A stretch of 64,000 nt of DNA from Eledone cirrhosa (GCA_964016885.1 OZ024742.1:77128001-77192000); one strand, 5' to 3'. Positions 12,951-27,200 are shown, counted from the first letter of the stretch. Made by a program: numbers and translations. The notes: a model not told the origin generated them from the letters alone.

Positions 12951-13467
12951 CTATAGTGCAATATGTTTTGTCACAGGAATACATCACTTATGTGTGAGGT
13001 TTGCATATTATGCTTAATATTAGTCAGAATGTATATATGAAAAAAGGTTACTTTTAAATAATTACTCAGAGATACTTATAGATAGTTTATATAAGAAATA
13101 ATTGCAGCTTGATTTCTCGCACTGGTCGTGGAAATCGTTTGTTTTACATTGGTGATACATTGCCTACTTCTTGACCTTCTTATAATGAGTAAAATGCAGG
13201 AGAATTGAATATTGAAAGGCAGAATTGCTAAAGCCAAGAGATAATATAGTAGAAGCAGCGTCAATTAAAGAAGGCTCCAAAATATACGAAATCAGGGCTA
13301 TAATTATGTATGAAAATTGACTATAGATAGTACTTACGATAAGGAACACAAAAAATGTTGGTTTACGAGGTATGGTGGTGTGTCTCAATTAATAGAGAGA
13401 AAGAAGTATCGAACTGAGCGGCAAAAATATTAAAGGATGCTAGATAGAGTTCACTTAGCTGACACAC

Positions 13468-13544
<77 letters not shown>

Positions 13545-13551
<7 letters not shown>

Positions 13552-14735
13552 TTGGAGCTCTCAAATAGCAATATATATATGGATGTATATATAATGTATT
13601 TTGCAATACACTTTATGCTTAATTAAAAGCATTTTGAAGACCGTAAGCTATTGTTTTAAAGTAGTGACAAATTCACTCACTTTGATCTCAGCAAACAGGG
13701 GAGATAAGCCGACATGACATGTTTCGCTTTGGTTGAAGCTTATCAAGGCCAACTACCCCACCTGTCTACTGAGATCAATGATGTTATATTCTTATAGAAA
13801 TCTAGTAAATAATCAGGAGCTGATTATGCAGAGCGGTTGTTGGTCAGGCAGAAATTAAAAATTAGAATTGGAGCTCTGAAATAGCAATATATATATGGAT
13901 GTATATATATAATGTATTTTGCAATACACTTTATGCTTAATTAAAAGCATTTTGAAGACCGTAAGCTATTGTTTTAAAGTAGTGACAAATTCACTCACTT
14001 TGATCTCAGCAAACAGGGGAGATAAGCCGACATAACATGTTTCGCTTTGGTTGAAGCTTATCAAGGCCAACTACCCCACCTGTCTACTGAGATCAATGAT
14101 GTTATATTCTTATAGAAATCTAGTAAATAATCAGGATCTGATTATGCAGAGCGGTCGTTGGTCAGGCAGAAATTAAAAATTAGAATTGGAGCTCTGAAAT
14201 AGCAATATATATATGGATGTATATATAATGTATTTTGCAATACACTTTATGCTTAATTAAACGCATTTTGAAGACCGTAAGCTATTGTTTTAAAGTAGTG
14301 ACAAATTCACTCACTTTGATCTCAGCAAACAGGGGAGATAAGCCGACATGACTGTCTTCAAAATGCTTTTAATTAAGCATAAAGTGTATTGCAAAATACA
14401 TTATATATACATCTATATATATATTGCTATTTCAGAGCTCCAATTCTAATTTTTAATTTCTGCCAGACCAACAACCACTCTGCATAATCAGCTCCTGATT
14501 ATTTACTAGATTTCTATAAGAATATAACATCATTGATCTCAGTAGACAGGTGGGGTAGTTGGCCTTGATAAGCTTCAACCAAAGCGAAAAATGTCATGTC
14601 GGCTTATCTCCCCTGTTTTCTGAGATCAAAGTGAGTGAATTTGTCACTACTTTAAAACAATAGCTTGCGGTCTTCAAAATGCTTTTAATTAAGCATAAAG
14701 TGTATTGCAAAATACATTATATGTACATCCATATA
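13545..14735. mobile_element. Tandem array of a ~316-bp hammerhead-containing unit plus an inverted copy (retrozyme-like or pLTR concatemer)
   Basis: Units 13545-13860, 13861-14178 and partial 14179-14352, then an inverted 1.2-unit arm at 14354-14735. (TA)n flanks both sides. Confidence 0.9.
13707..13750 (-). ncRNA. Type I hammerhead, U3-A8 core, on a long extended stem I
   Basis: ggcc-TTGATAA-gctt(caacca)aagc-GAAA-cat(gtc)atg-TC-ggct. Stem I extends through ttgatctcagtagacagg/cctgtttgctgagatcaa. Copies at 14025-14068(-) and 14561-14604(+). Confidence 0.8.
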
Positions 14736-16110
14736 CATATATATATATATATATGCATGTATATAAATATGGTTGTGTCTGTGTGTAATGGGCGTTGCGT
14801 TTACCTTTATGTATGCCTGTGAGTGTGTATTAGAAAGTTGTGCTTGTATGCATGTTTGTAGCAGTTTGTGTATTAGTCAATATTATGGAGAGGACACAAA
14901 GACGAGTTATAATGTGTTTTAGTATAGTTCAAGATTTACGGATTTTATCTACATACCGTTCAATCAAAGTAATGCATGTAAAAAGGTATAGTATGACATT
15001 TCATTCTATATTGTCTCGCACCGTCCTCTGTTCTGATTTATTTACAACAGCTGCCACCCAGTAGAAGTTACGGCCATCTGTTACACGTAGCACGCTCACA
15101 CACACGCGTTCATATATAAATATATAAATATATATCTTTCTTTATTGATAGATAGATATATGTCGGATTTCGACACCAACTCGGTATGATAATACTTGGG
15201 GCAGTTCTATTCTCTTAAATGATACAGTGCTCCCACATAATATTTTGTAATGTTATTCGCGTGTGGGGCACGATAGTTAATCTCTATTCAGCGACTAACT
15301 AAAACTTGTGAGAGACTACAAATAACCCATGTTTCAAGTTGCATTTTCTATTTGTCGACTGCATTTTTCTAGGAATGAATTTTGGATTTTCTTAGATACA
15401 CCATTTTGTTTATACAATGTTAATGGTCTTTCATGACACTAAGATTTTGTTTTGAATAAACTGTGCTTCTTCAATTTATTTACATTAACATGAAACTGTG
15501 AATTCATTCACCGTTTGACGGGTTTTATTTTATTATATAACGGGTTTTATTTTATTATATGAAAAAGTATGTACTGAATTATATGTTAAAAGCAGCGTTC
15601 AAAACAGAAGTTGGATCTGTATGTAGGCAGCGAATGAGCAACTTAAACTTTAGAGACATAATAATTTATTTATTTATTATAATTTAACATTTTGTTGTAT
15701 GCGTATACTCGTTGGTGTAGAATACAGAATTAGTAATAGAATTCTAAATGTATTTATATACAGTGTTCGTCGACCTTCAGCTTCAGTTACCACATCAACG
15801 TAGTGTTGTTAGTCACTATAAACCAGATTTGCCACATTGACCCTATATCACAATTTCATTAGAGTATATTATCGATTTAAAACGAGCCCATTGGCATATT
15901 TGCTTTCGTATTATCGGCCGCGGACAAACAAATGAATAGAACAACAATGATATTTTAAATTGAGGTGAGAATACTTTATGTACATCAATGAATAGCGGTG
16001 ATAAAAACTTAAAAGCTAAAACTGAAATTTTCAAAACTAAAACGAAAAGAACTCATAAAAAAGAAGACGGATAACTGAATTTATATGCGCGCAGACACAC
16101 ACATACGCAC

Positions 16111-16204
<94 letters not shown>

Positions 16205-17102
16205 CATATACATATAAATATATATATATATTTATATATACATGAGTGTGTGAATATATGTGTTTTAGAACTGAGGTATGTTAACTCGATTACGGGATCA
16301 AGGAGTAAATTAAAGCAAAAACGTGCAATAACTGAGTGAATCCTTATTTACTAGAATATGTGTTCCAAATAGATATTCCAGTAATCCAGTTAAAAGAAGA
16401 TTTCTTCGCCGCCCAAAAGATAACATGAATCAAATATGCAGCATTTCAATTCATATGTTTAGTGGAAAAGCAATATGAAAGTAGATATGAGTGAAAAAAG
16501 AATGATTTGCAGATGGATGTTGATAGAAAAGACTGATTGCAAGTAGATGGAAAGCCATTACAATCTCTACTTAGAAGATACTTGGGTACATGTGTAGGCA
16601 TGTAGGAGATTTTTATAAACAGATTGACAATTCCATAGAAACATGAAGATATGGCTTTGATATAAAATAAAGCAGTATAAAATTATTTAGCAACTAAATC
16701 TTCACATATACCTCAGATGATGTGAGCAATGTAAAAATATTGATATCATAAATCACAATTCCTTTGAATATTCTGAACAACGGCTATGAAACATGTTCTT
16801 AATTGTATTTTAAATTAAGATATTATACTGATTTAGACAGGAAACACGGTATTTCCATGTTATTAGCATATACAGGAACACTTTCCGTACAGCTACGCAT
16901 TGAACTGGTAAGAGAATTAGATATGCATCACCCGCATGATTTAGCAACAAAATATCATCTATATAAGGATATATCCTTTAAATGCTACATTTTGATACAC
17001 ATGAAGATATTTTACTTATATTTAACATTTAGATTTCCGCCATCAATGACCATTTTCGTTTCTAGCTGTCGATACGGCAGGAGCTCAGCCATGGGGGTTC
17101 TT

Positions 17103-17141
<39 letters not shown>

Positions 17142-17181
17142 GAAACATAAGTCAATTGCACGAACTCATAACCCTTTATTT

Positions 17182-17235
17182 ACTGCTATATATATTTCGG
17201 TGATCCATTGAATGGCTATGACCTCATCAGGCAGT
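17182..17235 (-). ncRNA. Type I hammerhead motif, canonical core, palindromic stem III
   Basis: actgc-CTGATGA-ggtcatagccattcaatggatcacc-GAAA-tatata-TA-gcagt, followed by AATAAA. A sister copy is at 32594-32649(-). Confidence 0.75.
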
Positions 17236-17416
17236 TAGTCAGTTCTTAGATATGCCAGCTCTTGGGACATATGAGCTTGTTAGGAATAAATTAATGTTGT
17301 CAGCAGGAATAGTCGTGATTATCATTGGTCAGTTTGTAGATGGTAGTAGGGTTGGTATTTGACCTCAAAGTTGGTATTTGACCTCTTTTACTATATATAT
17401 ATATAGATATAGATAT

Positions 17417-17711
<295 letters not shown>

Positions 17712-17803
17712 GAGTATATGTTGGTTGTATACCAAGATCTCAGTATGCAGACTGGAGCACTCGACGAAGTGCGCAGGTTGGTTTGGTTACTCCGGAGTAA
17801 TGT

Positions 17804-18185
17804 AAAATAAAGTAAAATAAAAAGTCAAATGTTTAAAACTTAGCTTCGTTTATTGCTGCTATATATGTTTCGGTGACAGCCATCTTTGGCTGTGACCTCT
17901 TCAGGCAGTCCGAATTAGTGTGGTATAGACAAGTAAATATGTTGTTGAGGTGTATAATTTGGTCAATCATATGATTCCAATTCCTCAGTGAAATAACAAC
18001 CCAACCAGTAACTGGGATTATCAGAGTATTGACAAAATTATACACCTCAACAACATATGTACTTGTCTATACCACACTAATTCGGACTGCCTGAAGAGGT
18101 CACAGCCAAAGTTGGCTGTCACCGAAACATATATAGCAGTAATAAACGAAGCTTTATTTTAAACATTTGACTTTTTATTTTACTT

Positions 18186-18192
<7 letters not shown>
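17804..18192. mobile_element. Fold-back element with one hammerhead per arm
   Basis: Arms at about 17804-17967 and 18027-18192 are reverse complements. HHR at 17855-17909(-) and 18086-18140(+). Confidence 0.88.
18086..18140 (+). ncRNA. Type I hammerhead motif, canonical core
   Basis: actgc-CTGAAGA-ggtcacagcca(aagt)tggctgtcacc-GAAA-catata-TA-gcagt-AATAAA. Confidence 0.82.
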
Positions 18193-18247
<55 letters not shown>

Positions 18248-18843
18248 TTTCATCATCATATTCCATTTACTTTAATCGTGACATAATGCGGTGTTCATAT
18301 GGATTAAGCTACAACACAAATCATTAAAATTGATATATATAGAATTGTAATGTCAAGGTTTCATTCTGAGAAGCGTTACACTAAATGAAGTGTAACATGT
18401 ACTGCACAGATTACACATCACATAATGAAGACTCTCATTCAGTATGAATAAATCATATCAGAGCAATGAATCTCGAGAGCAATCCAATATTTATTACAGG
18501 AAGCCTATCAAACTATTTCATTGATAATTATCTCTTAATTCACTATATATTCCCTAAATATAATATATTATAAGCTTTATTCAGTTGTACAGTTAAATTC
18601 GAGTAACACACACTTTATGGATTGTACTTCGCAATTCTCAGCATAATAAACTATTATTTAGCTTTATGAAATTCCAGAATATTTGAGATAAATTGCGGTG
18701 CTTATAAACCTTAGATTTGTGCAGCATAAATATGAGATATGAACTTGAATACTATTAAATGATACATATAGTAACGTGCATACACATACGCATATACGCA
18801 CGCATCACACACACACACATATAGATATGCATATATTATATTA

Positions 18844-18908
<65 letters not shown>

Positions 18909-18915
<7 letters not shown>

Positions 18916-19275
18916 GTGAGGTTTTCTTACAAAATGAAAAGTAACCGATGTGTCCTACACGAGTGAAAGTATAAAGAAAAAAGAAAAATAGATGAAATCG
19001 ATAATGCAACTGGAGTCTTATTTTAAAAATATATATATATATGTATTTGGTTCCTTTACCGGTTTCGCAGTTCTTCTGCTTTCAAAAGTATAGTTGAGAT
19101 GGAGGGTCTGTAGTGTTTCTCACATCTGATGTGAGAAAAACCACAGACCCTCCATCTCAACTCTACTTTTGAAAAGCAGAAGAATTGCGAAAGCGGTAAA
19201 GGAACCAAATAAATATATATTTTTTTTTCAAATAAGACTTCAGTTGCATTTTCGATTTCATCTTTTTTTCTCTCT
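18909..19275. mobile_element. Fold-back element with U3-A8 hammerheads, flanked by (TA)n
   Basis: Palindrome centred on tctcacatc-t-gatgtgaga (about 19126). Single-arm copies at 43294-43490 and 47685-47893. Confidence 0.85.
19166..19201 (+). ncRNA. Minimal hammerhead, U3-A8 core
   Basis: ctt-TTGAAAA-gcag(aagaa)ttgc-GAAA-gcgg-TA-aag. The copy at 43433-43468(-) has a perfect gcag/ctgc stem and the palindromic ccgg. Confidence 0.65.
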
Positions 19276-19276
19276 C

Positions 19277-19641
<365 letters not shown>

Positions 19642-19754
19642 CAAGATGTATGGTAGGTCGTATGTGAATCGCGATGATCACGTCTGACCTACCAAATATG
19701 TGACGGTAGCTAGTTAAGCTCTATGCGTATAAGCAGAGCAGAAATATTACTGAC

Positions 19755-21320
19755 AAAGGAACTATTATGACATTATAACAAGTTTATTGCCGACAGCCGT
19801 TTCGTCCGACCGTATGGTGGGACTTTTCAAGGCATATAACATGTGATTGTAAATTCATTATTTATATCAACGTATCACTTAAGACTAGCAGTTTGAAATT
19901 GTGGTATACATCAGCAGCTCTGCTTGTATATTTGGGGTCTATATTCTAAGGGGGCTGCTTTATATTAGTTGTCGGAATTGTAAAAGGGATGGGTTAAGAG
20001 AATTTGAAAATGTACTGAGAGTCAGGGATTGAAGGTTAAAAATTAGATAATTTATAATTTACGTATTAAAAGTAAAAGACTTGGGATCTCGTAGAAGCAC
20101 CCTAAAAAAAACCTCAGTAAGTGCACAAAGCTTACAAGCCCCAATAAATTTAACAAACATTTTTTTAATCCTGTATCAATAGTTTCATGATAATTTTGTA
20201 ATAATTTTATAATAATTTTATAATAATTTTGTGATAATTTTATAATAATTTTTTGATAGTACATTATTAGATTACTGAAGCTACCTTATACTTTCTTAAA
20301 AATACATTTTATAATTATTGATTTTTAAAAATACATTTTATAATTATTGTCTTTTTGCTTATGTATTTTCTTACTTATAATTCTCTTTAATCTTGCCCAA
20401 CTTGATAAGCTCTTTGAATTGCTCCCTAATTAAATTACTTAAATTACTTAAATTATTTTATCTATTATACCTAAGTTATATCTGTTGAACCAGCCCTTTG
20501 AAAATTCCTCGGATATCCCAAATACCGTAATTTTTAACTTTTAATTTATAATTTTCCCCAATTCGTTTATACATATCCCTAAAGGCTCTCTAAAATGTTA
20601 ATTCTTAGAAGGGTCTCTCAGAGGAGGTTCCTATTAAAAATATTAAAGGGGCCTCTTCTGAGGGGTTTATTGAAGGCTTTTTGAATTAACCATTAATTGA
20701 TTAGTTTCTTTCAACTTAGTAGGGATTATCAAAACTTCGTAAATTTTCGAAAAAATTTTTAACGAGATCTCTGGGGAAGAAGGTTTTTTTCTTTCGAAAG
20801 AAATGTTTTTCTCTCGGGCGAACTTCTTGGGAAACTTTATAGTTTTTAGGGAAACTTTATATCTTTATTTTTTTATTTTATTTTATTAGTCTCTTAATCT
20901 CTTCTAGTTTGTTAAATTTATTGGGGCTTGTAAGCTTTATGCACTTATTGAGGGATTTTTTAGGGTGCTTCTACGAGATCCCAAGTCTTTTACTTTTAAT
21001 ACGTGAATTATAAATTATCTAATGTTTAACCTTCCATCCCTGTCTCTCAGGACATTTTCAAATTCTCTTAACTCCCCATAACCCATCCCTTTTACAATTC
21101 CGACAACTAATATAAAGGAGCCTCCTTAGAATATAGACCCCAAATATACAAGCGGAGCTGCTGATGTATACCACAATTTCAAACTGCTAGTCTTAAGTGA
21201 TACGTTGATGTAAATAATGAACTTACAATCACATATTATATGCCTTGAAAAGTCCCACCATATGGTCGGACGAAACGGCTGTCGGCAATAAACTTGTTAT
21301 AATGTCATAATAGTTCCTTT
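19755..21320. mobile_element. 1.57-kb fold-back element with ~400-bp inverted arms, each carrying a hammerhead
   Basis: Arms 19755-20158 and 20907-21320. HHR at 19788-19834(-) and 21241-21287(+). The T-rich spacer has 12-bp tandem repeats at about 20190-20250. Confidence 0.9.
21241..21287 (+). ncRNA. Type I hammerhead, U3-A8 core
   Basis: tgcc-TTGAAAA-gtcc(caccatatggtc)ggac-GAAA-cggctg-TC-ggca, overlapping a following AATAAA. Confidence 0.8.
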
Positions 21321-21331
21321 ATTCTTTTTCA

Positions 21332-21369
<38 letters not shown>

Positions 21370-21989
21370 TTATATGCATATATTCTATCTATATATAAAA
21401 GTTTGGGGGTGTTTGTATGTGTGCGTGTGTGCGTACATATATATATGCATATACGTATATATATGTATATGTATATGTATATGAAATAACTAAATAAGTC
21501 AGACTTACATCGCTAGTTGGCTAAATTATTATCCAACAAGGCCCCTAGTTTCTGGGTTTTATATACTAAAACAAGGTATTCTGAAAGGGGAAATAACTAG
21601 AATGTACCGTTATTGGCCGATTTTAGAAGCCATTCGATTAATGTTAGGCATCCTTTTGAATATCTGCCATACAATCAAAATTTAAACTATATTAACCACT
21701 GCAGTCAATAAATACACATGAAACATGCAATACAATAAATACACATGAAACATGCATACGTTAACAAATTATGCTAAACTCTAAGTAAGCATCAGTGTTG
21801 AATAATCTTAAATAATTAAAAAATAATTAATCAATCTTGTTTGATATAACAAGAGTATGCAAATATGACATCACATGCTTATATTGATGTTAAAGAGAGT
21901 ACTAAACTTTTCTTTTACAGAGGTTTACGTTATTATTCACCAAAACACAGTATCACACATGAGAGTCACTTAGATCTGCAGACGATTTT

Positions 21990-22165
21990 TATTCTAACAT
22001 ATTTTGAAGTAGTTGATTAAAAATGTAATCCTTCAAGCACTTCGCAAGATGCTGTTTGTACAACCTGCTCATCGACATCTTCAGAACTCCATTATTGTGA
22101 AGATATAGCCTTGATGACATCATTTCCATTAGTAACATTTTCGTCCACGTCATCATTTTCACGGT
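21990..22165 (-). pseudogene. Possible decayed C-terminus of a pogo/Tigger-type transposase
   Basis: Minus frame reads ENDDVDENVTNGNDVIKAISSQ*WSSEDVDEQVVQTASCEVLEGLHFLINYFK. An acidic tract followed by an amphipathic helix resembles the CENP-B/Tigger tail, but no catalytic motif is seen. Confidence 0.3.
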
Positions 22166-25100
22166 GGCCGGTATATCTCAATTGAATCACTCATGAACAA
22201 TCTAATCCTGTGGGTGAACTACACATCGGTTGGAAGGAGGTATTTTCTGCTTCGGGTTATAGTTGTAACTTTCTTTGTCTGAACTAACTATGGACTATCC
22301 TTTCCAGCGCTCCCTACGACAGGTCGAAGTATACATTTCTAGATACCGGCTACTCCTCTAACTAATGAGCTAATGCACGCTTGCAAACATTCTCCCTCTA
22401 AATCAAACTTTTTTGAAAGTAAACAGGATCATATGCAAGGTGTGAATTGTCGAACCACTGAGAAATAATGATGTTATGTATGTCACATATATGTGAATGA
22501 TTATGAAGACATGTGTCTAAAGATTGATTTATTGAATAACCTGCCTATAATTTGCATTTCCGTATATGTCTGTAGCTTATTATGCAACGTAAATCGGGCA
22601 GACCTCCCTTCATCAGACGGTTGCTAAACGGTTGGTAAACGCAAACATATTGGACCGAAAAAATGAGTCGCCATCAAACATAACCCATCAGATATTTTAA
22701 ATATCTAATATGTAATAATTGGTCTTTTACAACTGTCTGAATAAAACAAGCCTACCTAGGCGTACCGATCTAATATGATTAATCATTCAGTTATCGTGGA
22801 GTCCTTTATCCACCTCACATTTGAATTAATTGAATTTGGTTATGAATCTATCTAACTATCTAAGTAAGAATCTATCTATCTATCTCTCTTTCTCTCTGTT
22901 GCTCTGAGACATACCAACAGGCCTATCAGATTTCCTATTCTTCTGACGCGCTGAGGCCGACGTAGTCACATTACGCACAAATATTGTACTGTTGGGCAGG
23001 AGTTTCATAACCTACATCGGTGGGTGTCCCTGAGTAGCTCTGGCTTCGCGGCGGAAGAGGCCGAAACACCTAAAGAGTAACGCATCACCTGATGAGACAT
23101 CTAATAGCATTGTGATTGTTCACATTTTCTATTTTGAAAATGGATAGTCACGCAAGATATATTTAGCATATAACTAAAGGCTTACAGGTGGTGTTATGTC
23201 TCCTGTACAAATTAGCAAGCAGAATATAGAAGGAGAAAAGATAGTGTTCAAGAACATCGTTATTACTATCCAGATGATATAATCAAGTACCATGTTTTAA
23301 GGAATTGCTGAAAATCAGTGAACCTATATCGGCAGCATAGGGTAAACTTATAGGTGTATATAAACGATATATAATTATTTGAGACTACACAAACATGTAA
23401 CTTTCATATATGTAACTTTCCTCATTTAGATATATAGTCATGCCAAATATTCACATTTCATTGTTGTTAGGAATGTATCTATTTCACATAAACAATTCCC
23501 AGGAAATGTTTACCTGGGGAGTATATAAACGCTAAAACCTTTAAAAGTATGCTGAAATATATATGTATATGTTGTTGCGTCTAACATACGTACATCAGAA
23601 TTTTTTCAAACTCATGTCAGGTTTGAACTTTTACAAACAAGGCAACTGTCAAACACCTTTACATGTTCATCCTTACACACCCTCACAACTAGATTCTCCT
23701 GTTTTTAATGCCACGCTTAAATACACAATAAATATCTCGACACACACATACACATGAACAGGTTTTTAACATCACTCACGTGGCTGATATTTGTTCATGT
23801 ATTTTTCATCTATCGTTGACTTCATCCTAGTTGTCTGTTCTCTATTTCATTTATCCATTATCTTTTCACCTTTCATATTCTGCTTTCCGATGAAGCTCAA
23901 GTATTCGGAATATTAATACACTTTTATTCCTTCCTTAAATGGTTATACTTATATTCTGTTCTAGTTTTTCTATTGCACACACATATACATGTGAGTTTGT
24001 ATTTTTGTTTGTATAATGTTATAATCTTGAAATTGTGAATCTTCGAGTGTTAGGAAAGAGAATGGGATAACAATTTCCCTACATTTCTCTTCATCACCCA
24101 ACGCTATTGGATATATGTCTACGATGTCCGCAGATATTTCGATATTATGAAATTGCTAAGTGACCAGCTATGAAAGCAGTATGTGTAATATATGTCTTCA
24201 ATTCCCTATCTTCACCTTTATATTGTGCTTCGGATTCTTTATTGCAGTATTGCTTGGAAATGTGTATATATTTCACAAATGTGTCATCTAATACCTATTT
24301 CACTCGCATATCCTTATATATAGACAGTGTAGGAAGATTTACGTGCATGCATTTTGGTTAATCAGAGCTAAAACCTCCAATTACCCTCGAAATAAATAAT
24401 AAGATCAGCAACTCCTAGTAACTTTCGTAATTCTTTGAGTGTATTCAGCCTTGTAAGGAAAAGAATCCTCATATTACGTTCATTAAGTGATAGAATAGTA
24501 TCCTACACAGCAACATAATTTATGGACAAACATAGTTCTAGTTTAGACAATGTCATCTCTCACTTCAAGTCCCTCCCGGTTATATAGTTTCAAATGATCG
24601 CGTTATCTATATTTACAATATAATGGACACACTTTAAACATTACATTCACTGATATCGTTAGTGGCACATTCTTATTATGAAAGTATTTTTCTTAATTCA
24701 TTTTGTATATAATACTGCAACAGAAGAATGATGAGTGATCTACTAGCTTACCCGATACTAAATGGATTATGTTCACGTGGAACTGACACAAATATAGAAT
24801 TTCTATGTGAAAGTGTTCCTTTTTTATTTCATGTTTTTTAACACCAGATCAAACAGATTTAAAATAACTTTTATAAAGGTTTTGTCAATCAGACCAATTC
24901 AATAATTCGCATACGTTTCGATATTTAATCCATCGTGTCCTTATTTATTTCACTCGGAAGTATGTTATCTTAGTCAGATTAGACAACTATGTTTATAAAA
25001 TAATTTGACAAAGCAGAGGCTTCTTGACTGGTTGTAAATATAGACTGTTTTCTATCAAATCGTATCGTTTTTGTTGTTCGGTCGGTTCTAAAAATACCAG

Positions 25101-25620
25101 TAGATCGTTTTGATTAAAACATTAATAATGAAATAGTGCGAGAGACCTGTATGTATCCGATCGCTATACCCACAACAGATATAATGTTACAATGAGGTCC
25201 CTGATATTCACTGGTAGCTTAAAAGATGCAAGGCATCGCTAGATGTTAGGATACAATCAGAATATACTGAAATAATGAAAATATACAGTGGAAATCTAAT
25301 AAAAATCTCCTCTATTAAATGATTTCCTATTTTGAATCGTCCTTTCTAATTTTGTGCATCTTGTAAAAGTAACCTTACATTAGGCTTATATTCGATTTTC
25401 TCCTATAGTAATGTAGAAGTTAATGTTTCTTGTTAGAGAAGACTTTCCCGCTAAATGTTCGTTTAGTCATTTACATACGTGACGGTGTGAATCATATTTT
25501 CAAGTCAAGCACTTTTTTTTTTATTTCATACATGCACGTTAGTGTTTCCATGATTTGACGTATTGGCAGCAAACGATTCATTGTCTTATTATGAGCCAGG
25601 CACCAACTTGACAAAATAGT

Positions 25621-25837
25621 CGTTTCTGATTTAGGAACAAGGCCAACAATTCGGGGGGTGAGAGCAAGTCGATTAAATCGACCCAGTGCATTACTGGTGC
25701 ATTAGTTTGTGGATCCCGTGAAGAAAGGTAAATCTAACCTCAGCGTGAATTGAACACAGAACGTAAAGGACCGTAACTCTGTACTGCAATGCTCTACTAT
25801 ACTGCCTGATGCTCTACTACACTGCCAATCCACCGCC
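25621..25837 (-). mobile_element. tRNA-derived SINE copy
   Basis: Reverse of the 10512 family, long variant with gtcgattaaatcgac. Confidence 0.8.
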
Positions 25838-25982
25838 ATAGTTTGAGTAAGTAATTGCTCACTTTTTATCATGTAGATACTTCCTTGTTCATCCTGTTTA
25901 ACTACAATGTATTCTGGAATGTATATTATATTCAATAATGAGATAATTTAACGCAGTGGTTATAGAGCAAATACTAATTTAT

Positions 25983-26167
25983 AATTGTTTCTACGTTTGG
26001 CACAAAGCCAGCAATTACCCCCAGTGCATTACTGGGGCTTTATTTTATCGACCCGTAAAGATGAAAGACAAGGTTAACTTCGGTGGGATTTGAACTCAGA
26101 TCATAAAAGGCCGTAACACTATGCTGCAAAGCATGGCGTCCGACCCTCTACAGATACTGCGAATCCA
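25983..26167 (-). mobile_element. tRNA-derived SINE copy
   Basis: Reverse complement of the 10512 family. Confidence 0.85.
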
Positions 26168-26423
26168 AAGTAAAGTTACCTACGTGAGTCACCGCTTTGT
26201 AATCATAAATTTGAGAAGAAACACACACAAAAGCTATATGGGTATATATAAACTGGAAGTGTAAGTCAACAGGGTAAAATTAACTTCGTTTATTCAAACT
26301 CTCCAGAGTAAACAGGTTCAACTGCGCACTTCCTTGAATGCTATAAAGTGCATAGTGAAATGTCAGTAACCAACCAACACATACACAAATGTATATATAT
26401 ATATATATATATATTTATACACG

Positions 26424-26509
<86 letters not shown>

Positions 26510-26778
26510 GGTCGTTTTGGAAGCCTCAACACTGCAGCTGGGTAAATCTCCGGGTAACAGAATCCGGTGGTGAAGAGAGAGATGTAAGAGGAAATGTAGA
26601 ATGAAACGTATAGTGTGTAGAGGAACGTAGGAAAGAGCGTAAAAATAATAACACGAGACAGATTTACCTTGGAAGAGATTTAATTGTCCTTATATTTCGG
26701 ATTTCGCATCTCCATCAACTGGGTTTTTTTCTGAGGGGGAAAGATTTTAGTCGGAGAGGAACTGTACGTGGCCTCTGT

Positions 26779-26927
<149 letters not shown>

Positions 26928-26930
26928 ATA

Positions 26931-26991
<61 letters not shown>

Positions 26992-27002
26992 TTATTTGTG
27001 AA

Positions 27003-27200
27003 TGCGTGTGGCTGAGAGGTTAGAGAATTAGATTCACAATCTTGAGGTTGTGAGTTCCAGTCCTGGACCGGTCGATGCGTTATGTCCTTGAACAAGACAT
27101 TTTATTTCACGTTGCTCCTTCTACCTGGAGTTGCGACCGATAGCTAGTACTAGCAACTGGAAAGACCGATGGAAACTTTGTTTCCTCGGTCCGATTTGAC
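27003..27200 (+). mobile_element. tRNA-headed SINE with CORE-like domain
   Basis: A box tggctgagagg and B box gagttccagtcc, then tgtccttgaacaagacattttatttcacgttgctcc (CORE/V-SINE-like). Confidence 0.65.

Noticed and set aside
13545-14352. CRISPR-like or satellite array
   Set aside because: Eukaryotic context; the units are full 316-bp duplicates with no unique spacers, and there are only 2.5 copies.
21386-21435. Helitron-like 5' end (tctatatataaaag followed by GT-rich sequence)
   Set aside because: No matching 3' hairpin/CTRR end was identified, and the motif is too low in complexity.
23030-23110. ggccGAAAcacc and cCTGATGAgac as a hammerhead
   Set aside because: The two half-motifs cannot be joined by consistent stems in any topology I could build.
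26680-26725. Minus-strand ttgatgg...gaaa-tata hammerhead-like string
   Set aside because: Core and stems are too degenerate, and it is a single copy.
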